From an uncultured Gammaproteobacteria bacterium (GTDB taxonomy: Bacteria > Patescibacteriota > Patescibacteriia > Patescibacteriales > UBA12465): DNA of 44,451 nucleotides. The stretch lies in assembly GCA_964599385.1 (NCBI GenBank), contig CAZREL010000001.1:1-44451 (forward strand), in the 5' to 3' direction. Made by a program: the position numbers and the translations under genes. Below are positions 8,753 through 17,935 of this stretch, one piece after another (the stretch's first letter is position 1; each line of letters starts with the position of its first letter). Below the pieces are notes generated by a model. That model made no database searches, was not told the origin of the DNA, and saw nothing but the letters and a program-made list of their open reading frames with translations.

Positions 8753-10642
8753 ATGACTCCTCAGGAAGAAATAAAATCGAAGATTGATATTGTTGAGCTT
8801 ATCAGGGAATATATACCCGTTAAGGCGGCGGGCGCCAATTTTCAGGCTCTCTGTCCTTTTCATAACGAAAAATCTCCGTCTTTTACCATCTCCCCCGATA
8901 AACAAGTTTGGCATTGTTTCGGCTGTTCCAAAGGCGGCGATATTTTTTCTTTTGTCATGGAAAAAGAAAACATGACTTTCCCCGAGGCTCTTCGTTTCTT
9001 GGCTTCTAAAGCCGGGGTCGTGCTAAAGCATGAAAATGTTGAAAATTATACGAAGCGCAATCGGATTTTGGATATAATGGAGTTATCCGCCAAATATTAT
9101 GAACATTGCTTAAAAAGTAGCGGTGCGGCTCGAATCAGAGAGTATTTGCAGGCACGCGGTTTAAGTGAAGAAGCTATCAGCGAGTGGCGTATCGGCTATA
9201 GTCCTGATGCCTGGTCGGCTCTTTACGATTTTTTAAAAGCCAGACCTCTATCCGGAAAAAAATTTAGCGATGAAGAAATTTTTGCCGCCGGTTTATCCGT
9301 CAAGAAAGAGCAGTATTCTGCCGGCCGTGCTTATTACGATCGTTTCCGCGATCGCATCATGTTTCCTATTTGGGATGCCAGCGGCAATATTGTTGCTTTC
9401 ACTGCCCGGATAAATCCCGATAAAGAAAAGATCCTTAAAGCCGGGAAATATGTTAACAGTCCGCAAACGGAGCTTTTTGATAAGAGTCGTATTTTGTTTG
9501 CCCTAAATAAAGCCAAAGCCGAAATTAAGAAGCAAGATTTGGCGATTGTGGTTGAGGGACAAATGGATGCTATTGCTTGCCATAATCATGGCATTAAAAA
9601 TGTTGTTGCTTCATCGGGAACCGCTTTAACGGTTGAACAGATAAATCTTTTAAAGCGTTTTACTAATAAAGTGGCCTTAGTGTTTGATATGGACGCTGCC
9701 GGGCAGATGGCGGCTGACAGAGGGATTAAGGAGTGCTTAGCTCAGGGATTGGATGTAAAAATAATCACCCTTCCTTCCGGCAAAGATCCTGATGAATCTT
9801 TGCGTAATGATCCAAGTGAAATGGAACGCAGCGCTAAAATTGCCGCCATGTCGAGTCGGTATGATTTCGAGGATTATTATCGCAAGCCGATTGAAAACGC
9901 CAAATCAATTTTAGAATATTATTTTGATAAGGTTTCTTCTGGGCTTGATTTGCGAGATTTGGACGTTAAAAAGATGATTCGCGACAAAATGCTGGAAATG
10001 ATCGCTCTTATTAAAGATAGGACGGAACAGGGTTATTGGTTAAAAAAAATTAGCGATGACTTGGATTTTAGTGAAAGCGATATGCGCGAAGAGTTCATGA
10101 AGCGCTATGGTAAAACCGCTTTAGCAAAAGACGCCGCTTCTTTTAATAGAAGAAATTTTAATAAACAGGAAATATCTGGGGTAGAGAAGCTGTCTAAGAG
10201 CCGTGAAGAGCGTTTAAGCGAGTCGCTATTGTCTATTCTTCTTAAAGCGCCGGAGTTTATTTCTTATGCGGTAAATAATCTGGAGGCCGAAGTTTTGTGC
10301 GGTGAAAATTTAGCTTTATTTTACAATAATTTAATAATTTATTATAATAAAACCGGCGGAGCCGATTTCTCAGGTCTCGGCATTTTTTTGTCGGAATCTA
10401 ATTTTGACGGTGAGGCCATCCTAAGGCATTTAGCTTTGCTTGGGGAGAAGGACTTTTATGATTTAAGTTCCGCGCAGATGAAAAATCAGCTCGTAGATAT
10501 GATTATCGAGCTCAAGGCATATCGCCGTAAGCATCTGTTGGAGCAAGTCAGGAAAGAAATTTCCGAAGCGGAGCGTAAAGGAGATGAAGAGAGTCTTAAA
10601 TCTTTAATGGAAGATTTAAAGAGAATAATGGAGCAAAAATAA
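8753..10642 (+). CDS. dnaG: DNA primase
   Basis: CHC2 zinc finger [36 protein letters not shown] motifs [10 protein letters not shown] and FDMDAAG. Classic dnaG-rpoD adjacency. Confidence 0.9.
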   Translation: MTPQEEIKSKIDIVELIREYIPVKAAGANFQALCPFHNEKSPSFTISPDKQVWHCFGCSKGGDIFSFVMEKENMTFPEALRFLASKAGVVLKHENVENYTKRNRILDIMELSAKYYEHCLKSSGAARIREYLQARGLSEEAISEWRIGYSPDAWSALYDFLKARPLSGKKFSDEEIFAAGLSVKKEQYSAGRAYYDRFRDRIMFPIWDASGNIVAFTARINPDKEKILKAGKYVNSPQTELFDKSRILFALNKAKAEIKKQDLAIVVEGQMDAIACHNHGIKNVVASSGTALTVEQINLLKRFTNKVALVFDMDAAGQMAADRGIKECLAQGLDVKIITLPSGKDPDESLRNDPSEMERSAKIAAMSSRYDFEDYYRKPIENAKSILEYYFDKVSSGLDLRDLDVKKMIRDKMLEMIALIKDRTEQGYWLKKISDDLDFSESDMREEFMKRYGKTALAKDAASFNRRNFNKQEISGVEKLSKSREERLSESLLSILLKAPEFISYAVNNLEAEVLCGENLALFYNNLIIYYNKTGGADFSGLGIFLSESNFDGEAILRHLALLGEKDFYDLSSAQMKNQLVDMIIELKAYRRKHLLEQVRKEISEAERKGDEESLKSLMEDLKRIMEQK

Positions 10643-10643
10643 T

Positions 10644-12029
10644 ATGATAAAAAGCGCTAAAAACAAAAAGCCGGCGCCTAAGATTCCATCGAAAAAGAAT
10701 CCGGTGAAATCTTCAGTCGCAGCTAAAAAAGGTTCGGCAGCCAAAAAGTCGTTAATAAAAAAGGCGCCCGTTAAGAAGGCGCCGGTTAAACAGATTAAGA
10801 CAGCCGTAAAAAAGACTCAAGCCAAAGCCTCTTTTAAGCTTGCTAAAAAGCCGGAGAAAAAGGTTGAAAAAAAACCGATTAAGAAAGAATTAAAAATAAT
10901 TAAAGCGCCCGTGAGAAAAGAAATTGCCAAAGAAATAGTTAAGCCGAGCGAGGAGAAGATGGCTAAGCTTATTGAAAAAGGAAAAATGAGAGGTTTTGTA
11001 ACTGAAACCGAATTATTGTATTTGTTCCCGGAAGTGGAAGAATATGTTTTGGATTATGATTTCTTTCTTGGAGATTTACATAAGAATGGCATTAGAGTAT
11101 TGGAAGATTCCGGACGCATTCTCGCTTCAACCGATAAAAAACCCGAGTTAAGCCCTAAGGCTGCTAAAGAAGCGGCAGCTATGAATATCGACCTTTCTAA
11201 ATTAAGTGCCGATTCCGTCCAGATGTATTTGAAAGAGATCGGTAAGGTTCCGCTTTTATCGGGCGCAGAAGAGATAGAATTGGCCAAGAGAAAAGAAAAG
11301 GGCGATAAAGAAGCGGAGCGCCGTATTATTGAGGCTAACTTGCGCTTGGTTGTTTCGATTGCGAAAAAATTCGCCGGTGCTAAGGGTATGAGTTTGCTCG
11401 ATTTGATTCAAGAAGGGAATATCGGTTTATTTCGCGCGGTTGAAAAATTTGAATATCGAAAAGGTTACAAATTTTCGACCTATGCTACTTGGTGGATTCG
11501 CCAGGCGATTACTCGTGCTTTAGCTGATCAATCAAGAACGATTCGCATTCCTGTTCATATGGTTGAAACAATTAATAAGTTTCAGCAGATTCAACGCAAT
11601 TTAATTCAGGAACTTGGTCGTGAGCCGATGGCGGAAGAAATCGCTGCAGAAATGGGAGAGGAAGTTGAAAAAGTAAGATACATCATGAAGATCTCTCAGG
11701 ACACAATTTCTCTTGAGACAACTATCGGTGATGACGGGGAAGATTCGACTTTGGAAGATTTTATTGAGGATGTTAAAAATGTTACCCCGGATCGCGCTGC
11801 CGCTTTACAGTTGCTTCGTGATTACGTAAAAAATATTGTCGCTCAATTATCTCCTCGCGAACAGAAGATTTTGGAAATGCGCTTCGGCTTGATCGATGGC
11901 GTTGCTCATACTCTTGAAGAGGTTGGCAAAGAATTTGAGGTTACTCGTGAACGTATCCGCCAAATCGAATCCAAGGCTTTGGAAAAGATCAGAAAACTCA
12001 AAGGTTTGGAGAAATTGAGAGATTACTAA
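10644..12029 (+). CDS. rpoD: Primary RNA polymerase sigma factor (sigma-70 family) with a Lys/Ala/Pro-rich basic N-terminal tail
   Basis: Region 2 [40 protein letters not shown]. Region 3 [10 protein letters not shown]. Region 4 [23 protein letters not shown]. The first ~105 aa are KKAPVKK-type low complexity. Confidence 0.9.
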   Translation: MIKSAKNKKPAPKIPSKKNPVKSSVAAKKGSAAKKSLIKKAPVKKAPVKQIKTAVKKTQAKASFKLAKKPEKKVEKKPIKKELKIIKAPVRKEIAKEIVKPSEEKMAKLIEKGKMRGFVTETELLYLFPEVEEYVLDYDFFLGDLHKNGIRVLEDSGRILASTDKKPELSPKAAKEAAAMNIDLSKLSADSVQMYLKEIGKVPLLSGAEEIELAKRKEKGDKEAERRIIEANLRLVVSIAKKFAGAKGMSLLDLIQEGNIGLFRAVEKFEYRKGYKFSTYATWWIRQAITRALADQSRTIRIPVHMVETINKFQQIQRNLIQELGREPMAEEIAAEMGEEVEKVRYIMKISQDTISLETTIGDDGEDSTLEDFIEDVKNVTPDRAAALQLLRDYVKNIVAQLSPREQKILEMRFGLIDGVAHTLEEVGKEFEVTRERIRQIESKALEKIRKLKGLEKLRDY

Positions 12030-12706
12030 TCTAATTTTCTAAGGGACATCTTATAGCCGCGGCCTGTGAAAGTATGTATCAGGTCGCGGCTTTTGTTAAT
12101 GTTTATTTTTTTGCGCAGTGAGGCTATGTGAGTTTCGATGGAATTTGAAAATGGATCGCTGTCATAGTTCCACACGTAATCAAGAATCTGGCTTCTGGAA
12201 ATTATTTTTCCTCTGTTGGAAATTAAATATTCAAGTAACATGAATTCTTTGCGTGTTAGGTAGATTTCTTTTTTGCCTCTTTTGACTATCTTGCTGTCAT
12301 GGTTGACGCTTAAATCGTCGAGACGGGAAATATTTTCATTTATTTGCGGCGGTCTTTTTAGGAGAGCGCGAACTCTGATTAGTAATTCGTCAAGCAAAAA
12401 TGGCTTGGTTAAATAATCATCGGCGCCAAGCGCAAATATTTTTTTCTTATTTTCTATCTCGCCTTTAACGCTTAACATTATTATCGGAATTTGCAGTCCC
12501 TCCGATCTTATTTCTTTTAAAACTTCCGCACCATTTTTCTCTGGCAGCATATAATCCAGGATAATGAGGGAGTAGTGTCCGCTTCGGGCCAATAAAACGC
12601 CTTTTTCGCCGTTATTGGCAATTTCGACTTTAAGAATTTCGGTTTCCAAGCCTCTTTTGACAAAATCAGCGATTTCTTTATCGTCTTCAATAACAAGGAT
12701 TTTCAT
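12026..12706 (-). CDS. OmpR/PhoB-family response regulator (no adjacent histidine kinase)
   Basis: REC domain ([16 protein letters not shown] acceptor Asp, LTKPF) plus a C-terminal winged helix ([12 protein letters not shown]...GRGYK). Confidence 0.85.
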   Translation of the reverse strand: MKILVIEDDKEIADFVKRGLETEILKVEIANNGEKGVLLARSGHYSLIILDYMLPEKNGAEVLKEIRSEGLQIPIIMLSVKGEIENKKKIFALGADDYLTKPFLLDELLIRVRALLKRPPQINENISRLDDLSVNHDSKIVKRGKKEIYLTRKEFMLLEYLISNRGKIISRSQILDYVWNYDSDPFSNSIETHIASLRKKININKSRDLIHTFTGRGYKMSLRKLD

Positions 12707-12870
12707 AATTTTATTTTTTAATTTTTTTAGATTTGTTTAAAGACTTTTAAATTATAACTTTTTCGTCTTCAAGATAGCTTAAAATATTCCTTAAGCCTTC
12801 CTTGTTTTTGCGTCAAGGAAATGTTAGAATCAAAATAGCCCTAAGGGCTGTCATTTCTCGTCTAATATTT

Positions 12871-14154
12871 ATGAAAAACAAGATTTCCAATCAAGAACTA
12901 AAAGGAACGTCCGACTGGTTGCCGGAGGAGTTTATTTTGCGCAAATACATTTTTGATACTTGGCGTAAAGTTTGTCTGCGTTATGGTTTTGAAGAATATT
13001 TGACCCCGCTTTTTGAACCGGCCGATCTTTATCGCGCTAAATCGGGCGAGGATGTCGGCGGCAAGGAGCTTTTAACTTTTGAAGATTTGGGCGGTCGCGA
13101 ATTGGCTGTTCGTCCGGAAATGACGCCTTCTGTTGTTCGTATGGCTTCCAAGTTCTATCGCTCCGCTCCAAAACCGATAAAGCTTTTTTCTATTGCCAAT
13201 TTTTTCCGTAACGAGAAACCGCAACGCGGTCGCAATCGGGAATTCTGGCAGCTCAATTGCGATGTTTTTGGTTCGAATAATATTAAAGCCGATATTGAAA
13301 TTATGAAGCTGGCTCTTGATATTGTTTTAGAGTTTGATCCGCCGCAAAATTCTTTTTCTTTGAATATTAACAGCCGTCGTCTTTTGGAAGCCTTTTTTTC
13401 CTCTTTAAACATTGAAGCTGGCAAGAAAAATGATTTCTTTAGGATTTTAGACAAGAAAAATAAGTTAAGTGCGGTAGATTTTGCAGATAAATTAAAAGTC
13501 CTTGGCTTAAGTTCAAAAAACATTGATAAGACCAACGCCTTTTTATCCGGCGCCGCTTCAGCCGCTTGGCTTGATATAATCATGAGTACGGCCGAGCTGC
13601 AGAATGCTTATAGAGAAATCAAAGATGTTATGACGGCTTTGTCCGATCTTGGTTATGGTGATTGGTTGGAATTTAATCCTTCCGTCATCCGCGGATTTGA
13701 TTATTATGATGGTTTGGTTTTTGAAGTATTTGATAAGCACCCGGATAATAATCGGGCGATGTTTGGCGGTGGTCGCTATAATGGCTTAGGCGGACTTTTT
13801 GGTGAAGACGATTTTCCGGCTGTCGGTTTTGCGCCTGGCGATGAAACGATGAAATTATTTTTGGAAAGCTGGGGAATTACTGATAAAGCAAAAATGGAAA
13901 AAGCGGAAATTTATTATTTGCCGCTTTTGGAAGGTGTTTCTTCTTTCGAGGCCGATCGTCTGGCTAAGGAATTGCGTTTGCGCGGTTTAAATATTCTTTC
14001 CGGCTTAGAAGAACAAAAAATCAATAAAGCTTTGGAATTTGCCAATAAAAAAGGAATCGCCAAGGTTGTTATTTTTGGCGCCGAAGAATTAAAGAAGAAT
14101 ATTTATAAGCTAAAGGATATGAAAAGCGGGGAAGAGCGCGAGTTTAAGCTCTAG
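12871..14154 (+). CDS. hisS: Histidyl-tRNA synthetase
   Basis: RPEMTPSVVRM, motif 2 FRNEKPQRGRNREFWQLNCDVFG, motif 3 GGGRYNGL. I prefer ATG 12871 over the TTG at 12802 used in the ORF track. Confidence 0.88.
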   Translation: MKNKISNQELKGTSDWLPEEFILRKYIFDTWRKVCLRYGFEEYLTPLFEPADLYRAKSGEDVGGKELLTFEDLGGRELAVRPEMTPSVVRMASKFYRSAPKPIKLFSIANFFRNEKPQRGRNREFWQLNCDVFGSNNIKADIEIMKLALDIVLEFDPPQNSFSLNINSRRLLEAFFSSLNIEAGKKNDFFRILDKKNKLSAVDFADKLKVLGLSSKNIDKTNAFLSGAASAAWLDIIMSTAELQNAYREIKDVMTALSDLGYGDWLEFNPSVIRGFDYYDGLVFEVFDKHPDNNRAMFGGGRYNGLGGLFGEDDFPAVGFAPGDETMKLFLESWGITDKAKMEKAEIYYLPLLEGVSSFEADRLAKELRLRGLNILSGLEEQKINKALEFANKKGIAKVVIFGAEELKKNIYKLKDMKSGEEREFKL

Positions 14155-14780
14155 TCCGTCAAAGACATATCTTTTATCGGAGCAAAGCTGCGACGATGAA
14201 TGGGACATGGTCCAATTTCCATTATTTTAGCAATATGAGCTTTGGTGCCATAGCCTTTGTGCTTGGCAAAACCATATTCCGGATAAAGCTTATCAGCCTC
14301 TTCCATTAAAAAATCACGGCTTACTTTTGCAATGATAGACGCAGCGGCAATAACCCAAACCAAGGCATCGCCGCTTACAATTGCTTTTTGCGGAATATCC
14401 AATTTAGGGATTTTAAAATTTCCATCAACCAGAATAAAGTCGGGCTTAACCCGGCTTTTTTCGACGGCTTTGCGCATAGCGGCTAAGCTGGCGCGTAAAA
14501 TATTAACTTTATCAATCGTTTCTCGACTAACAACGCTTATTTCAACTGATAAGGCTTTTTCTTTAATCGCTTTAAAAATTATTTCTCTTTTTTTGGCGCT
14601 TAATTTTTTTGAATCAGCTACTAATTCCAGGTCCCCGGGTTCTATTTGAAAATTATTATCAATAATAACACAAGCCGCCACTACCGGCCCGGCCAGCGGC
14701 CCTCGACCGGCCTCATCAACGCCGGCGACAAAATTGTGTCCGAGAGTAAAAAACTCTTTTTCTTTCTGTAAATCAAGCAT
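14151..14780 (-). CDS. rnhB: Ribonuclease HII
   Basis: 209 aa. [14 protein letters not shown] catalytic N-terminus, DSKKLS, and the KHKGYGT region typical of RNase HII. Confidence 0.9.
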   Translation of the reverse strand: MLDLQKEKEFFTLGHNFVAGVDEAGRGPLAGPVVAACVIIDNNFQIEPGDLELVADSKKLSAKKREIIFKAIKEKALSVEISVVSRETIDKVNILRASLAAMRKAVEKSRVKPDFILVDGNFKIPKLDIPQKAIVSGDALVWVIAAASIIAKVSRDFLMEEADKLYPEYGFAKHKGYGTKAHIAKIMEIGPCPIHRRSFAPIKDMSLTD

Positions 14781-14788
14781 ATGGAAAT

Positions 14789-14797
14789 ATTATAACA
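14789..14797 (-). promoter_or_regulatory. Extended -10 element (TGTTATAAT) 8 nt upstream of the rnhB ATG; possible leaderless or near-leaderless mRNA
   Basis: The minus strand reads TGTTATAAT-atttccat-ATG. No SD motif. Confidence 0.35.
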
Positions 14798-14826
14798 TTT
14801 AAAAATCATATAATAAATTTGGCAAA

Positions 14827-14855
14827 TAAAAAAGCCCGAAACTCGTGTTCCGGGC
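14827..14855 (-). terminator. Rho-independent terminator of the 331-aa gene
   Basis: The minus strand reads GCCCGGAAC-ACGA-GTTTCGGGC followed by TTTTTTATTT. The stem is 9 bp with one mismatch. Confidence 0.7.
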
Positions 14856-14894
14856 CGCTCTCAGGAGAAGTGAGAGTCTTTTGGTTCTTGTTGC

Positions 14895-15890
14895 TTAAAC
14901 CAATTCTGTTTTTTGCGTGTGCATCAAGAATTCCTCTTGGATCAGGAAGCGGTGTCCGTTCATGCGTTTAATGTATGGGATTTGTTCCCAATCATTATCT
15001 GACATTAACTTCGCCTTTTGATTGCTAATGCATACTTCGTAAATTGATCCGTTCGGATCTTTGTCCAAAGCTGTAACAGCTACGGCATCGTACTTTCCGA
15101 GTTTTTGGAAAAATGTTTTGCGGTCGACCAAATCATCTTTTGGCTTATAAACCGAAACTTTTCCGAGCATTGGATGTTGAAGCTTTTCTTTTTTGGCTTG
15201 CCGGCGGTTTTTCTCGATTTCATCATAACCTTCAAGCAACTTTTTGATTTGGCCCAGTTCTTCTGAGCCATAATCCATAACGAGATTGAAGATTGTTGAT
15301 GAATTTTGGCCCATACATAAGAGAAACAATTCGCCGTAGAGTTTGTTGGTTGTGAATTTTTTCGTCTTAGCCAGACGATCGTAAATTCTCGCCACATACA
15401 AACTTTTTCGGAATGTTTCCGATAAGTCGGTTTTAAGGTGGCGATTTTTACCGCCATCTTGCAGAGCCAGGTAAGCATTTACAAAATTAATCGTTTCAAG
15501 CACAATGCCGTCTTTTTCGGCAAAGGCCATAAAATCTGGATGAGCAAAAACCGGTATTCCGGCTGACTTCAAAAGGCTTGTTTTGGCGGTGTCCATGAAT
15601 TTTCGACTATACCAAAATTTCAAATTTTTGATATGTCGGAATAAGAATTCGTGAAAATTCCGCTTTCCCATATCCTCCGAGTTCAATCCGATCGCGTAAA
15701 CATGGTCATACTCGGAAGCGTCTACTTTAGCCGCTTCTTCTTGTGTGACAATGTAAACACTACTGGAAAAAAGCTTGGGATTGGTAATTCTTTCTTTGTG
15801 AGCCAAAACGGCCGCTGCTAATACCGAAAATTTATCGGCCGCAATAATAAATGCAACTGAACCACTAAATGCGCTTTTTGTTTTTTTCAT
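14895..15890 (-). CDS. Hypothetical cytoplasmic protein (331 aa), no recognised family
   Basis: Long ORF with its own consensus promoter, a strong SD (AAGGAGAAA-ATG) and a terminator. No TM segment or signal peptide. No catalytic motif that I can name. Confidence 0.6.
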   Translation of the reverse strand: MKKTKSAFSGSVAFIIAADKFSVLAAAVLAHKERITNPKLFSSSVYIVTQEEAAKVDASEYDHVYAIGLNSEDMGKRNFHEFLFRHIKNLKFWYSRKFMDTAKTSLLKSAGIPVFAHPDFMAFAEKDGIVLETINFVNAYLALQDGGKNRHLKTDLSETFRKSLYVARIYDRLAKTKKFTTNKLYGELFLLCMGQNSSTIFNLVMDYGSEELGQIKKLLEGYDEIEKNRRQAKKEKLQHPMLGKVSVYKPKDDLVDRKTFFQKLGKYDAVAVTALDKDPNGSIYEVCISNQKAKLMSDNDWEQIPYIKRMNGHRFLIQEEFLMHTQKTELV

Positions 15891-15937
15891 TTTCTCCTTG
15901 TTCTTTTAAATTGTTAAATAACTCAAGTAACCGATTA

Positions 15938-15966
15938 ATTGTATAATATAAAGTAAAAAATGTCAA
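15938..15966 (-). promoter_or_regulatory. Sigma-70-type promoter for the 331-aa gene
   Basis: The minus strand reads TTGACA-17 nt-TACAAT, about 45 nt upstream of the ATG at 15890. Confidence 0.55.
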
Positions 15967-16003
15967 TAAAAAAGCCCTTTTTCTGAGGAAAAGAGCTTTT
16001 TTT
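15966..16003. terminator. Hairpin flanked by an A-run and a T-run (bidirectional terminator; ends the 159-aa gene)
   Basis: GCCCTTTTTC-TGAG-GAAAAGAGC (one bulge, one mismatch), with AAAAAA upstream and TTTTTTT downstream. Confidence 0.5.
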
Positions 16004-16028
16004 AAAAAAAGAGCTAATTTGTGTAATT

Positions 16029-16508
16029 TTATTTAATTTTAGCCAATAATCCTACATAATTATGACCATAGATTTTGGCGCATTTGGGGCAGGTTGTGTA
16101 ATAAGCCAGGATTTTATCGGTTTTTTTGCCTTGCTTTTCAACAAATTCCTTCATTTCCTTAATCCAATTCGGCATTTCTCGGTAAGCGCCATCAAAAATT
16201 TTACATAAGTATTGGCCATCAAGCGAACTCATCTCCTGTTCTTTTAAGTCTTTATTTACTTCCAAATATAAATCAGCTCCCCAAGACGAGTTTTCATCAC
16301 AAAGCCATAGAGCATCTTCTGGCATAGCCTGTTCTCCGGAGGCTGTGGCACAGGCTTTTTTCATAACTGAGCTAAGATTTAAAGGGATGTGGAATAAGCA
16401 AGCGTAGCGTTTTTTGAGGAATTTTCGACCGTTTAAATTTATTTCTTTTTCGTCCAGGCTGGCCGGATCAAATTTTCGGCAGCATGGCTCCTTTTGATCA
16501 TTTTCCAT
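16029..16508 (-). CDS. Conserved-looking Cys-containing protein of unknown function (159 aa)
   Basis: N-terminal CC..FDP and C-terminal YYTTCPKCAKIYGHNYVG. This resembles a small uncharacterised family I cannot name with certainty. Confidence 0.55.
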   Translation of the reverse strand: MENDQKEPCCRKFDPASLDEKEINLNGRKFLKKRYACLFHIPLNLSSVMKKACATASGEQAMPEDALWLCDENSSWGADLYLEVNKDLKEQEMSSLDGQYLCKIFDGAYREMPNWIKEMKEFVEKQGKKTDKILAYYTTCPKCAKIYGHNYVGLLAKIK

Positions 16509-16615
16509 ATTATTGTTCTAAATGTTTATGTCGCTATTATAGCATATTTATATTTTTTTAGCATTAAATTATCTTTTTTGTTATAATAAATTTAATAAAT
16601 ATTAAATATAAATTT

Positions 16616-17215
16616 ATGTTTAAATTAATGATACTCCCTTATGCGCCCGAAGCGCTTGAGCCATATATGTCAGCTAATACCATCAGCTTCCACTACGGCA
16701 AACATCATCAGGCTTACTTGGACAATCTTAATAAGCTGATTGCCGGAACGGAACTTGAGAGTTTGTCGTTGGAAGAAATAGTGATTAAAACAGCCGGCCA
16801 GAGCGATAAGGCGGCCATATTTAATAATGCCGCTCAGGTTTATAATCATAATATTTTCTGGGAAACTTTTTGCCCCGCCGGAACCGGCGAAGCTTTGGAC
16901 GGGGAATTGCTTAAAGCGATTAAAGAGGCTTTTGGCTCTTTGGAAAATTTTGTAACGGAGTTTAAAACAGTTGCTATGTCGCAGTTTGGCAGCGGCTGGA
17001 CCTGGCTTGTTAAAGAAAAAGATTCTTTAAAGATAATGAAAACCGCTAACGCCGAGAATCCCTTGAGCTTAGGCTTGAGACCGATAATTGCTATTGATGT
17101 TTGGGAGCACTCTTATTATCTTGATTATCAAAACAAAAGAGCCGATTATTTGGACGCTCTTCTAAATAATATTATCAATTGGCAGAAGGCCTCGGAAAGA
17201 TTCATGCAAGCTTAG
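16616..17215 (+). CDS. sodB: Superoxide dismutase, Fe/Mn family (Fe-type signature)
   Basis: LPYAPEALEPY, FHYGKHHQAYLDNLN, NNAAQVYNHNIFW (Gln in the N-domain position typical of Fe-SOD), DVWEHSYYLDYQNKRADYL. Confidence 0.85.
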   Translation: MFKLMILPYAPEALEPYMSANTISFHYGKHHQAYLDNLNKLIAGTELESLSLEEIVIKTAGQSDKAAIFNNAAQVYNHNIFWETFCPAGTGEALDGELLKAIKEAFGSLENFVTEFKTVAMSQFGSGWTWLVKEKDSLKIMKTANAENPLSLGLRPIIAIDVWEHSYYLDYQNKRADYLDALLNNIINWQKASERFMQA

Positions 17216-17244
17216 TTTATAAATAGATTAAAGACGTTTCGCTT

Positions 17245-17916
17245 ATGTACCAAAATCCATACGCCAAGTTAAGGCCGTCGACTAAGGGCCCTTATACCGA
17301 AATTTATCTCATCAGGCATTGTAATCCCGATTATACTCTCGAGAGTAAGTTGGGCGATCGCTTGATGCCTTTGTCCAAGTTCGGATTAAAACAGCGCAAA
17401 GTTTTAACGAAACGCCTTTTAAAAATGGACGTTGATAAAGTTTATACCAGCAGTATCGTTAGAGCTCAGGAAAGCGCCTATGAATACATCAAACAGGCCA
17501 AGAAGAAAGCTTTTGTCGATAGCGGACTTGATGAGATTGATTGGCAGCATTGGATTAGGATAAAATATTTTAACATGTCGGAGGAAACCAGAGAAAGACG
17601 TTTTAAAAAATATCGTTCGCTTGATCGGGATTTGGATAAAATGCAAAGAGATAGCCGCCGTGTTTTGGCGAATATCTACAAAAAAAATCGCGGCAAAAAA
17701 ATCCTTGTTTTCTCTCATGGTAATTTTATCAAATCCGTTTTAACCGGAATTATGAATGCCGATATACTAGGCTTTCTTTCTTTGGAAATTTTTCAATCTT
17801 CAATCAGCAAGATAATTATTGACGGCGACGGTTATGTAAAAATTGCTTTTGTTAATGATGCCCATCATTTGCCGGAACCGCCCAAGCGCGATATGTTTAT
17901 CACTTTGGCAGAGTAA
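17245..17916 (+). CDS. Histidine phosphatase (phosphoglycerate mutase-like) family protein
   Basis: IYLIRHCNPDY (RH catalytic motif) and a downstream FSHGNFI second-His motif. Confidence 0.65.
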   Translation: MYQNPYAKLRPSTKGPYTEIYLIRHCNPDYTLESKLGDRLMPLSKFGLKQRKVLTKRLLKMDVDKVYTSSIVRAQESAYEYIKQAKKKAFVDSGLDEIDWQHWIRIKYFNMSEETRERRFKKYRSLDRDLDKMQRDSRRVLANIYKKNRGKKILVFSHGNFIKSVLTGIMNADILGFLSLEIFQSSISKIIIDGDGYVKIAFVNDAHHLPEPPKRDMFITLAE

Positions 17917-17935
17917 GTTTAATTTTACACGAATA

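Noticed and set aside
12707-12870. T-box riboswitch upstream of hisS. Small hairpins TTCCTTG...CAAGGAA and AGCCC-taa-GGGCT are present.
   Set aside because: The region is only 164 bp and is shared with a divergent promoter. No T-box consensus (AGGGTGGTACCGCG-like) and no specifier-loop architecture is visible.
12802-12870. Upstream non-ATG or overlapping starts used by the ORF track for hisS (12802), the 8311 ORF, tsf (20383), the ligase-like gene (28541), wzx (40853), the DUF1792 gene (42138) and the 17843 ORF.
   Set aside because: In each case a downstream ATG gives an N-terminus that matches the family or a signal peptide, and it removes the overlap with the preceding gene.
15080-15478. 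132-aa same-strand alternative-frame ORF inside the 331-aa gene.
   Set aside because: It is fully nested in the longer ORF, has no independent start signals, and its composition is typical of an off-frame read.
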